Shown: positions 1 through 7,913 of the stretch, in pieces | Layout: each line of letters starts with the position of its first letter | Numbering within the stretch: the first letter of the stretch is position 1 | The notes under the pieces: model-generated | Told to the model about the DNA's origin: nothing | Database searches by the model: none | Seen by the model: the letters and a program-made list of their open reading frames with translations, nothing else | Assembly (NCBI GenBank): GCA_003543215.1 | Contig: DPJD01000001.1 | Coordinates: forward strand, 326,188-390,187 | Direction of reading: 5' to 3' | DNA from: Erysipelotrichaceae bacterium | Lineage (GTDB): Bacteria; Bacillota_I; Bacilli_A; Erysipelotrichales; Erysipelotrichaceae | Length of the DNA stretch: 64,000 bases | Position numbers and translations under genes: made by a program

Positions 1-333
1 TCTTATACAGAGGATGATCAAAGAGCGATTAAATTGGATCGTTTGAAGAATGCGAACATCGTTGTGTTTGATGATATCGGTGCTGAAACCTATTCATCTT
101 ACTTCAGAGATGAGGTACTTTTTCCTTTATTGAATGGACGCATGGAAGAAAAGAAGATGACCTTATTCACGTCCAATCATGATTTGGCAAACCTGGCGGT
201 CCATTTTCGCTTCAATGCCAAAGGGGATGATGAGAGCTTGAAATCACGTCGTTTGCTTGAGCGTATCGAGCGTTTGGCGAAACCTTTGTATTTGGCTGGA
301 ATGAATCGTCGAAACAATGAAAATGCGGTGTAA
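1..333 (+). CDS. dnaI: Helicase loader / primosomal protein DnaI, C-terminal fragment (5' end outside window; frame 1 open from base 1)
   Basis: Translation ...VVFDDIGAE...LFTSNHDLANL...LLERIERLAKPLYLAGMNRR resembles the Walker B region to C-terminus of Firmicute DnaI (IstB-like AAA+). Confidence 0.7.
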   Translation, partial: SYTEDDQRAIKLDRLKNANIVVFDDIGAETYSSYFRDEVLFPLLNGRMEEKKMTLFTSNHDLANLAVHFRFNAKGDDESLKSRRLLERIERLAKPLYLAGMNRRNNENAV

Positions 334-391
334 ATTTTACACAAAAGATGGTAATAATGGTAAAATTGTTCTGGATTAAGGAGGCTTATCG

Positions 392-1354
392 ATGCTAAAA
401 CGGATTGGAGTTCTCACCTCTGGGGGTGACTCACCAGGCATGAATGCAGCGATTCGTGCGGTGACACGTTCTGCCTTATCACAAGGAATCGAAGTCGTAG
501 CCATCGAAGATGGTTTTAAGGGCATGGTCGAAGGATCGATGTACTTGATGAATACGCGTTCGGTCAGTGATATTCTCTATCGAGGAGGAACCATTTTGGG
601 TTCAGCCCGACTACCAGAGTTTAAGGATATCGAAGTTCGCAAAGTCGCTGTTGCGAAATTAAAAGAATTTGGCGTCGAAGCTGTTGTGGTGATTGGTGGC
701 GATGGGACATATCGTGGGGCAATGGCACTTACGGATATGGGCATCAACTGCATCGGTCTACCAGGTACGATTGACAATGACATCGTCTCAACCGATTACA
801 CGATCGGGTTTGATACGGCATTGAATACCGTCATTCAGAATATTGATAAATTGAGGGATACCAGTTCTTCGCATCACCGCTGTTCAGTGGTGGAAGTCAT
901 GGGAAATAAATGTGGGGATCTTGCGATCTATGCAGGCATCAGTTGTGGGGCTGAAATCATTGTGACTCAAGAAACGGGTTATGATGAACAAGAAGTCTTG
1001 GCAAAACTGCGTGAATTGGATACGAATCGTAAGAAGAAGCATGCGATTGTCGTCATCAGTGAGAAGATAACGGATGTCGAGATGTTGGCAACGAAGATCA
1101 GTAAGTCGACAGGGTTTTCTGGGCGTTCTACTGTTCTAGGCCACATTCAAAGAGGTGGATCTCCCACCGCATTTGACCGTGTCTTAGCAACCCGTATGGG
1201 GGATTATGCGGTTGAATTATTAGTGAAAGGGATTGGGGGCCATTGCGTTGGAATGGTTCACAATGAGATCACTTCCTTTCCAATTGAAGAGGCTTTGGCG
1301 ATGCCAAAGGCTTCACGTAAGGGTTTATTCGCCTTACACCAACGTTTGATCTAG
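392..1354 (+). CDS. pfkA: ATP-dependent 6-phosphofructokinase
   Basis: N-terminus RIGVLTSGGDSPGMNAAIRAV and GGDGT motif; 320 aa; RBS AAGGAGG upstream. Confidence 0.95.
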   Translation: MLKRIGVLTSGGDSPGMNAAIRAVTRSALSQGIEVVAIEDGFKGMVEGSMYLMNTRSVSDILYRGGTILGSARLPEFKDIEVRKVAVAKLKEFGVEAVVVIGGDGTYRGAMALTDMGINCIGLPGTIDNDIVSTDYTIGFDTALNTVIQNIDKLRDTSSSHHRCSVVEVMGNKCGDLAIYAGISCGAEIIVTQETGYDEQEVLAKLRELDTNRKKKHAIVVISEKITDVEMLATKISKSTGFSGRSTVLGHIQRGGSPTAFDRVLATRMGDYAVELLVKGIGGHCVGMVHNEITSFPIEEALAMPKASRKGLFALHQRLI

Positions 1355-1362
1355 GAGAAACT

Positions 1363-2787
1363 ATGAAAGAAATTCGTAAAACTAAAATTGTATGTACACT
1401 GGGCCCTGCGACAGAAACCCCTGAAATGGTTCAAAAACTCGCTGAAATTGGCATGAACATCGTTCGTCTCAACTTCTCGCACGGCAACCATGAAGACCAT
1501 GGCAAGCGGATCAAGATGGTCCGTGAAGTCAGTGATGTGGCGGGATATAACTTAGCCGTCATGTTGGACACCAAAGGTCCTGAAATCCGTTGTGGAGAAA
1601 TGACGGATGGCGTTTTGCATTTCACAAAGGGTGATGTGGTAAAAGTCGTCAAGGAACCTGTTTTGGGAACCAATGAACGTTTCCATGTGGATTGCCCTGA
1701 AATGTATGCCGATGTCAAACCTGGGAATTACTTGTTGATTGATGATGGGAAAATGCGTTTGACCATCACCGATGTGGAACCTGGTGTTTTGACTTGCCGT
1801 ATTGAAAACTCAGGCATCATCAAGACACGTAAGGGTGTCAATGTCCCAAATGTTAAATTATCAATGCCATTCATTTCTGAAAAGGATGAAGGCGATCTAC
1901 GTTTTGGCTGTAAGATGGATGTGGATTTTGTCGCGGCAAGCTTTGTAAGAAGAGCTTCTGACGTCTTAGCCATTCGTAAGATTCTTTTATCGGAAGGCAA
2001 ATCCAAGATTCAAATCATTGCGAAGATTGAAAACCAAGAAGGCTATGACAACTTGGATGAAATCTTGGAAGTATCCGATGGCGTTATGGTTGCGCGTGGC
2101 GACTTGGGTGTTGAAGTCAGTACCCAATTGGTCCCAATCTACCAAAAGAAAATCATCAAGCGTGCGAATGAAGTCGGTAAACCGGTCATCACCGCTACGC
2201 ATATGTTAGAGTCCATGATGGGCAATCCGCGTCCGACGCGTGCAGAAGCCAGTGATGTGGCGAATGCGGTTTTAGATGGCAGTGATGCGATCATGTTGAG
2301 TGGTGAAACAGCTGCAGGGGAATATCCTTTGGAAGCGGTCACGACGATGGATATCATCTCACGTGCAATGGAAGAAATTCTTCCTTACCGTGAGCGTTTG
2401 GATCAAGCGATCAAATCGTCACGTAAGACGATTCAAGATGCGATTGGGATTTCAGTTGCGGATTCTGCTTTGCAATTGGATAAGGTTAAGGCGATTGTGG
2501 CCTTTACCCAAGGAGGGTCCACGGCTCGACGAATTTCGAAATTCCGTCCTCCAGTACCTATATTCGCTGTAACATTCACGAAGTCTGTTCAACGTAAGTT
2601 GGAATCACATTGGGGTGTCATCCCGATCTTGTCAGATATTCAAAATGAAATGACGAACGATGATGAATTGGCAACAATCATTGCCAAGGATCGTGGTTTG
2701 GTCCGTGGTGACTATGTGATCATTACCGCTGGGTACCCGACTGGTGAAGGTACTGCCAATATGATGAAGATTGTTGAAATCAAATAG
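1363..2787 (+). CDS. pyk: Pyruvate kinase (short form without PEP-utilizer C-terminal domain)
   Basis: KTKIVCTLGPA, NFSHG, MVARGDLGVE motifs; 474 aa; classic pfkA-pyk pairing. Confidence 0.95.
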   Translation: MKEIRKTKIVCTLGPATETPEMVQKLAEIGMNIVRLNFSHGNHEDHGKRIKMVREVSDVAGYNLAVMLDTKGPEIRCGEMTDGVLHFTKGDVVKVVKEPVLGTNERFHVDCPEMYADVKPGNYLLIDDGKMRLTITDVEPGVLTCRIENSGIIKTRKGVNVPNVKLSMPFISEKDEGDLRFGCKMDVDFVAASFVRRASDVLAIRKILLSEGKSKIQIIAKIENQEGYDNLDEILEVSDGVMVARGDLGVEVSTQLVPIYQKKIIKRANEVGKPVITATHMLESMMGNPRPTRAEASDVANAVLDGSDAIMLSGETAAGEYPLEAVTTMDIISRAMEEILPYRERLDQAIKSSRKTIQDAIGISVADSALQLDKVKAIVAFTQGGSTARRISKFRPPVPIFAVTFTKSVQRKLESHWGVIPILSDIQNEMTNDDELATIIAKDRGLVRGDYVIITAGYPTGEGTANMMKIVEIK

Positions 2788-2796
2788 GGGACAAAC

Positions 2797-3696
2797 ATGA
2801 GAACAGTAATCGGGATTGATTTGGGTGGCACGAATGCACGTGTTGCCAAAGTAACAGAAGATGGTCAAATCTTACAAGTCGTAAGCGCTCCTTCACATGC
2901 TTTGGAGGGTACTGAAAAAGTCATGGACAATCTCAAATCTTTGATCCGTCAGATCAAGGGTTTCGATGAAGTCATTGGCATTGGCATTGGTGTACCAGGT
3001 CCTGTCGATACCGTTCGTGGTGTCATGACTATGGCAACCAATCTTCCGGGTTTTGAAAACTATCCAATGGCTCAAGAAATTGAACGTGAGTTCAACAAAC
3101 CAACTTATGTCGATAATGATGCGAATGTCGCAGGTTTGGCTGAAGCTTTGGTTGGGGCTGGTAAAGGTTATAAGATCGTCTACTATATGACCCATTCTAC
3201 CGGTGTTGGTGGCGCATTGGTCGTCGATGGCAAGGTTGTATCGGGTAAAAATGGTTATGCCGGTGAAGTTGGAAACATCATCGTTACCAGTGAAGGTGAA
3301 AAAATCAATCACTTGAACGTTGGGGCAGCTGAGAATGTTTTCAGTGGTACCGCTTTGGTCAAATTGGCTCAAAAGGAATTGGATCCAAAGATCACTTCCG
3401 CTAAAGCCATCTTTGATTTAGCTCAAGAAGGCAACGAAAAAGCAATTAAGATGATCGATGACATGGCATATCACTTTGCACTCTTGTGCTCGGCGATTGG
3501 TCATGTGGTGGATCCACATGTATTCGTCATTGGTGGTGGGGTTGCGAAGTCGCATGCCTTCTACTTTGACAAAATTTTAAACAACTACAACAATTTAGTG
3601 CATGTCGGTATGCGCAATCCGCTCTTCAAACGTGCTGAGCTCACTGAGCCAGGCATCGTTGGGGCCGCAATGCTTCCGATATCGCACGGAAGATAG
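2797..3696 (+). CDS. glcK: ROK family glucokinase
   Basis: IGIDLGGTN N-terminus, ROK-type DNDANVAGLAE motif; 299 aa. Confidence 0.85.
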   Translation: MRTVIGIDLGGTNARVAKVTEDGQILQVVSAPSHALEGTEKVMDNLKSLIRQIKGFDEVIGIGIGVPGPVDTVRGVMTMATNLPGFENYPMAQEIEREFNKPTYVDNDANVAGLAEALVGAGKGYKIVYYMTHSTGVGGALVVDGKVVSGKNGYAGEVGNIIVTSEGEKINHLNVGAAENVFSGTALVKLAQKELDPKITSAKAIFDLAQEGNEKAIKMIDDMAYHFALLCSAIGHVVDPHVFVIGGGVAKSHAFYFDKILNNYNNLVHVGMRNPLFKRAELTEPGIVGAAMLPISHGR

Positions 3697-3703
3697 GAGT
3701 TTT

Positions 3704-4942
3704 ATGTTAAGAAGAAAAACATTATTAAGCAAATACGCTGAGTTGGCAGTTAAGATTGGGGCAAATGTCCAAAAGGGTCAACCTTTGATGATCAGTGCCA
3801 ACATCGAAACAAAGGATTTCATCCGTATCTTGGTTGAAGAAGGGTATAAGGCTGGGGCTTCCTATGTCTTTGTCCGCTACAACGATGAAATCGTCAATCA
3901 TCATAACTTTACCTATTGTGATTTGGATGTATTGGGTACGGTTCCAAATTATATCGTGGAACAGTTCAATTACTTCATTGAAAAAGGTTATGCCTTGATT
4001 TCCGTTCATGCGGAAACACCGGGTTTGATGGCAGATATCGATCCTATCAAGATTCAAACGGCTGCGATCGCACAAAACAAGGCGCTTAAATCTTGGCGCG
4101 AGCACACCATGGGCAATCGTACCCAATGGTGCGTCATTTCTGTCCCTACAGCAGGTTGGGCTAAGAAAGTCTTCCCAGACATCACCGAAGAAATGGCAGT
4201 TGATGCCTTGTGGGAAGCCATCTTCAATGCGGTACGTGTTCGTGAGGACAATGATCCAGTTGCAGAGTGGGAAAAACACAACGATACCTTGCATAAACAC
4301 AATAAGGCATTGAATGATTATAACTTCAAATCCTTGCATTTCAAGAACGCTTTGGGAACCGATCTTACGATCGAACTCATTCCGAATCATGTTTGGGCAG
4401 GGGGCAATGAGAAGTCGACCAAGGGTGTTGTGTTCAATCCAAACATGCCTACGGAAGAAAGCTTCACCATGCCATATAAGTACGGTGTGAATGGTAAAGT
4501 CGTTGCGACAAAACCGTTGAATTACAATGGCAATCTGATCAAGGATTTCTGGTTGGAATTCAAAGATGGTAAAGTCGTCAATTACGATGCCAAAGAGGCA
4601 AAAGATTCACTCAAGAGTTTGGTTGAGTTTGATGAAGGTTCATCCTATTTGGGTGAAGTCGCCTTGATCTCACACGATTCCCCAATCTCCAACAGCAATA
4701 TCCTCTTCTTGAACACCTTATTCGATGAAAACGCATCGTGTCACTTGGCCTTGGGTAGAGCATACCCAATGAATGTCAAAGGTGGCAACGATATGACACA
4801 AGAAGAATTGGATAAGTTGGGTTCAAACAACTCGATGGAACACGAAGACTTCATGTTTGGTAGTGCAGACATGTCCATCATCGGCTTGACGCAAGACAAT
4901 CAAGAAGTAATCGTATTCAAAGACGGTAATTTCGCATTCTAA
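3704..4942 (+). CDS. Aminopeptidase, M29 (AmpS/PepS) family
   Basis: Starts MLRRKTLLSKYAELAVKIGANVQKGQ, typical of M29 aminopeptidases. ATG 3704 follows GGAG; the longer ORF from 3602 would overlap the glcK 3' end. Confidence 0.85.
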   Translation: MLRRKTLLSKYAELAVKIGANVQKGQPLMISANIETKDFIRILVEEGYKAGASYVFVRYNDEIVNHHNFTYCDLDVLGTVPNYIVEQFNYFIEKGYALISVHAETPGLMADIDPIKIQTAAIAQNKALKSWREHTMGNRTQWCVISVPTAGWAKKVFPDITEEMAVDALWEAIFNAVRVREDNDPVAEWEKHNDTLHKHNKALNDYNFKSLHFKNALGTDLTIELIPNHVWAGGNEKSTKGVVFNPNMPTEESFTMPYKYGVNGKVVATKPLNYNGNLIKDFWLEFKDGKVVNYDAKEAKDSLKSLVEFDEGSSYLGEVALISHDSPISNSNILFLNTLFDENASCHLALGRAYPMNVKGGNDMTQEELDKLGSNNSMEHEDFMFGSADMSIIGLTQDNQEVIVFKDGNFAF

Positions 4943-4945
4943 TCA

Positions 4946-4972
4946 AGGGAACAGGCGTTCCCTTTTTCTTTT
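4946..4972 (+). terminator. Intrinsic terminator after aminopeptidase gene
   Basis: AGGGAAC-aggc-GTTCCCT followed by TTTTCTTTT. Confidence 0.7.
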
Positions 4973-4984
4973 GTTTATGTTAAT

Positions 4985-5007
4985 GTGTATATACATTGTA
5001 TATACAC
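4985..5007. promoter_or_regulatory. Perfect 11-1-11 bp palindrome (putative antitoxin operator)
   Basis: GTGTATATACA-T-TGTATATACAC ends 1 nt before the AGGAG RBS of the DinJ-like gene. Confidence 0.5.
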
Positions 5008-5017
5008 TAGGAGTCTT

Positions 5018-5281
5018 ATGAAAGATACCATCATCAACCTTAGAGTCGAAAAAGCCTTAAAAGAAGAGGTTAACTTAATCCTTGAGGAACAAGGTCTAAG
5101 CATGTCTCAGTTCATTCAACTTGTTTTAAAAGAGGTTCAACGTTCAAAACGTGTACCTCTGCAGTTGATTTTGAAGGATGAGGATCAAGAAAACAAAGAT
5201 GATCCTGTCCGTTTGAAGGGTGAATCCAATGCGACGATCAGTGAACGCTTGTATCGAAGGATGATCGCACAAAAAAAATGA
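5018..5281 (+). CDS. RelB/DinJ family type II antitoxin (orphan)
   Basis: MKDTIINLRVEKALKEEVNLILEEQGLSMSQFIQLVLKEV is a DinJ-like RHH N-terminus. No toxin ORF follows (22 nt to a convergent gene). Confidence 0.65.
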   Translation: MKDTIINLRVEKALKEEVNLILEEQGLSMSQFIQLVLKEVQRSKRVPLQLILKDEDQENKDDPVRLKGESNATISERLYRRMIAQKK

Positions 5282-5303
5282 TGAACATTATATGTCCATC
5301 ACA

Positions 5304-5720
5304 CTAAACTGTCTTCGCATCACTTTCAATTCGATCGATGACTTTTGTGATCATGTCCTTTAATAAGCCCTTGATCAAGTAGCCTGTTCCTGGAATCAAG
5401 GGTGTGAATTGTATCACCCAGGATAAATCTGTACCATCTTCTTCTTGAGACAAAGTGATCCTTCCCAGATAATCCGATTTAACTGGCGCACCTTTTAACA
5501 GCGTATATGTCATTGAAAAGGGTGGATCAGAACTCAAACACTTCTCTTGAACACTGAGGGGTCCGTTGAATATTTTTCGAATTGATCCGACACCATTTAT
5601 TGGATTACCCTCATCCAAAATGATGACACGATAAGGACCTGTTGCGGTTTTGAAATTGGAAGCTTTCCATACCTTGTCGATGGATGCGTTGATATGACGA
5701 TTTAGCTCAAGCTTTACCAT
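5304..5720 (-). CDS. SRPBCC (START/polyketide-cyclase-like) family protein
   Basis: MVKLELNRHINASIDKVW... pattern typical of SRPBCC proteins; ATG 5720 is preceded by AGGAGGG. Confidence 0.55.
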   Translation of the reverse strand: MVKLELNRHINASIDKVWKASNFKTATGPYRVIILDEGNPINGVGSIRKIFNGPLSVQEKCLSSDPPFSMTYTLLKGAPVKSDYLGRITLSQEEDGTDLSWVIQFTPLIPGTGYLIKGLLKDMITKVIDRIESDAKTV

Positions 5721-6064
5721 ATTTAGCCCTCCTAATGTCATCATAGCACTTCATTGTTTGGTTACAATGGGAATATTGAGGTATATTGCATGACTTGGAG
5801 TATTAACTTTGTAGAGCTTAATGTGTAAATTTAGCAAAGCAACCATCTATTGTGATTAATACAATAAAGACGTGCTTTTTTTGATGATTACTATCAAAAT
5901 AATTCGGATACTCTATTGAGAGTCGAACCACTTTAAAACGATATGAATTATCATTCTAAATTCGATAGAATATTTAAATCTTTGTATTGTGTCATAAAAA
6001 TATCTTGATATAATTCAAAATATATGACAACAATGATATAATTGGATTACCAGGGGAGGATATT

Positions 6065-6391
6065 ATGAGTTCTATTAGAGATAATTTTCGTCGTATCAGA
6101 GAATCTATGAATATAACGCAAGCAACCTTAGCAGAGTATCTGGGTATCGATCAATCCATGCTTAGTAAATTTGAAAAAGGTGAACGAGAGTTAAGTACAC
6201 ATCACCTTGATAAGGCGTGTTTGTTATTTGGTTGTTTCATACAAGACTTGGAGATTGAAAATTTTAGTCCAAGTTTAAAGATATTGTTTAGGGCAAAAGA
6301 ACTCGAATCTATTGACCTTGAATCGATATCAAAGATTCAGCAGATAGCCCTCAATATTATCGAAATGAAGGGGTTATTACATGAAGACTAA
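6065..6391 (+). CDS. XRE-family helix-turn-helix transcriptional regulator
   Basis: NITQATLAEYLGIDQSMLSKFEKGERELS is a canonical Cro/C1 HTH; RBS GGGGAGGA. Confidence 0.85.
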   Translation: MSSIRDNFRRIRESMNITQATLAEYLGIDQSMLSKFEKGERELSTHHLDKACLLFGCFIQDLEIENFSPSLKILFRAKELESIDLESISKIQQIALNIIEMKGLLHED

Positions 6392-7124
6392 AGACAGTTT
6401 ACAACGCTTTGCTTTTGATGTTCGCGCTCTTTTGGGAGCAGAAGTAGGTGGTCCCATCGACCTTAAAACACTTGTAGAAGCGTATGGAAAACTAACGATT
6501 GTATACTATCCTTTTGCAGATAATATTAGTGGTATGTGTTTAAAGTCAGCTGATTTGATTGCGATCAATTCGAGATCTACTTTAGGGCGACAGAATTTTT
6601 CTCTAGCGCATGAACTGTACCATTACTTTGATCATCAGAACGAAGATAATTCAGTATCCGTTGCTCAGAATTCTAAAGTTAAAGGAATTGTTTCTGAATT
6701 GGAAGCTGACCTATTCGCTAGTTATCTACTGATGCCTTCACAGTCCTTGCATTCAGATATTACAGAGCGTAAAGAGGATAGAAATAAATTAGAACTCAAA
6801 GATATTATTTTTATTGAGCAGCTTTATGGAGTGAGTCGAAAATCGTTGCTGGTGCGTCTTGTAGCAGATGGATATCTTACAGTAGATGAAAGTAAATACT
6901 TCGAAAAAGATATTCAAAGAGGAGCGCTTCGTTTGGGTTATGATTTAGCTCTATACAAAACTTGCGATAAGAATATTCATTCAACAACTGGGCGTTACCT
7001 ATCGCTCGCACATAAATTAAGAGATGCATCATTGATTTCTCAAGGTAGATTTGAATCCTATTTATTAGATGCTTTTAGAGAGGATTTAGTTTTTGATTTG
7101 GAAGTTAATGAAGTATATGACTAA
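6381..7124 (+). CDS. ImmA/IrrE family (COG2856, DUF955) zinc metallopeptidase
   Basis: HExxH motif in SLAHELYHYF; overlaps the XRE gene by 11 nt. Confidence 0.8.
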   Translation: MKTKDSLQRFAFDVRALLGAEVGGPIDLKTLVEAYGKLTIVYYPFADNISGMCLKSADLIAINSRSTLGRQNFSLAHELYHYFDHQNEDNSVSVAQNSKVKGIVSELEADLFASYLLMPSQSLHSDITERKEDRNKLELKDIIFIEQLYGVSRKSLLVRLVADGYLTVDESKYFEKDIQRGALRLGYDLALYKTCDKNIHSTTGRYLSLAHKLRDASLISQGRFESYLLDAFREDLVFDLEVNEVYD

Positions 7125-7656
7125 ATTGATTTTTTTTGACACGGATTGTTTGTCTTCTTTTTTGTGGGTTGATTCGATGAACTTGCTAATACAATGTTTT
7201 CCACAAGGATTCATACTTCCAAGACCAGTATATGAAGAATTTAAAAAAATACCACACTTTCATCAAAAAGTTGATGGTTACATTCAAAAAGGCTTTCTAG
7301 AAATCAAGGATATTGAATCAGGAACAAACGAATATCGGAACTATGTAGATCTTGTTAGTGGACGAGATGCGCGTGTTCCGCGTATTGGTAAAGGTGAAGC
7401 AGCTGCAATTGTGTTGGCACATCGATATAAAGGTATATTAGCAAGTAATAACTTATCGGATATAAGTTATTACATCCGAATTTTCGAACTTGAGTCACTT
7501 ACAAGTGCGTCAATCTTAGAGACGATGTATCGTAAGAATATCATTGATCTTCAATCCGCTGAGTCGTTTTGGAGCGGCATGTTACAAAAGCGAAGAAAAC
7601 TTCCATGTTCAACGTTTCAGGATTACCTGGATAAGCTTGAAAAGTATCCATATTGA
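7108..7656 (+). CDS. PIN-like domain protein (putative RNase/toxin component); start ambiguous (7108 or 7117)
   Basis: N-terminal LIFFDTDCLSSF acidic strand, YEEF, and GKGEAAAIVLA motif as in PIN/VapC-like folds; overlaps the ImmA stop. Confidence 0.55.
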   Translation: MKYMTKLIFFDTDCLSSFLWVDSMNLLIQCFPQGFILPRPVYEEFKKIPHFHQKVDGYIQKGFLEIKDIESGTNEYRNYVDLVSGRDARVPRIGKGEAAAIVLAHRYKGILASNNLSDISYYIRIFELESLTSASILETMYRKNIIDLQSAESFWSGMLQKRRKLPCSTFQDYLDKLEKYPY

Positions 7657-7681
7657 CATTGATTTCCTTTTGGCTTAAACT
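7653..7681 (+). promoter_or_regulatory. Putative sigma-A promoter for the thrS leader
   Basis: TTGACA (7653-58), 17-nt spacer, TAAACT (7676-81). Confidence 0.45.
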
Positions 7682-7687
7682 CTAGAC

Positions 7688-7892
7688 ATAGCCAATGCTT
7701 AAGACATGATGATTGGTGCTTTGTACAGAGAGAAAGTGTTTGGTGCAAACTTTCCTGAGCTCAATTGATTACCACTTAAGGGGTGGATTCATGAAAGAAT
7801 CCCGTTTGATCGACGTTAGCGATGAGTGCAAAGCATTTGCTTTGAATTAAGGTGGTACCGCGAGAATCTCGTCCTTTGGATGGGATTTTTTT
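7688..7892 (+). promoter_or_regulatory. T-box riboswitch leader (threonine, ACC specifier) with terminator
   Basis: AGAGA and GGTGCAA stem I elements. ACC followed by A at 7771-7774. T-box AAGGTGGTACCGCG at 7849-7862. Terminator GAGAATCTCGTCC/GGATGGGATTTTT plus U-run at 7862-7892. Confidence 0.8.
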
Positions 7893-7913
7893 ATTTAAAA
7901 GGAGGATCGTAGA

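Noticed and set aside
3602-3703. Long N-terminal extensions offered by the ORF track here, and likewise at 14575-14664, 42550-42624, 51374-51409, 11261-11359 and 34125-34169.
   Set aside because: The extensions overlap the upstream gene, run through an intrinsic terminator or riboswitch, or use TTG with no SD. In each case an internal ATG with a good RBS gives the conserved family N-terminus.
3725-4390. 221-aa ORF on the minus strand inside the aminopeptidase gene.
   Set aside because: It lies entirely antisense to a well-supported CDS, has no RBS and has low-complexity composition. This is a typical shadow ORF. The same applies to 2893-3372(-), 8205-8633(-), 38327-38923(+), 48053-48385(-) and the other short antisense ORFs in the track.
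6065-7124. XRE plus ImmA as a prophage or ICE immunity module (ImmR/ImmA).
   Set aside because: There is no integrase, excisionase, att-like repeat or phage/conjugation gene within 10 kb on either side. The overlapping third PIN-like ORF favours a TA/defence-type triplet.
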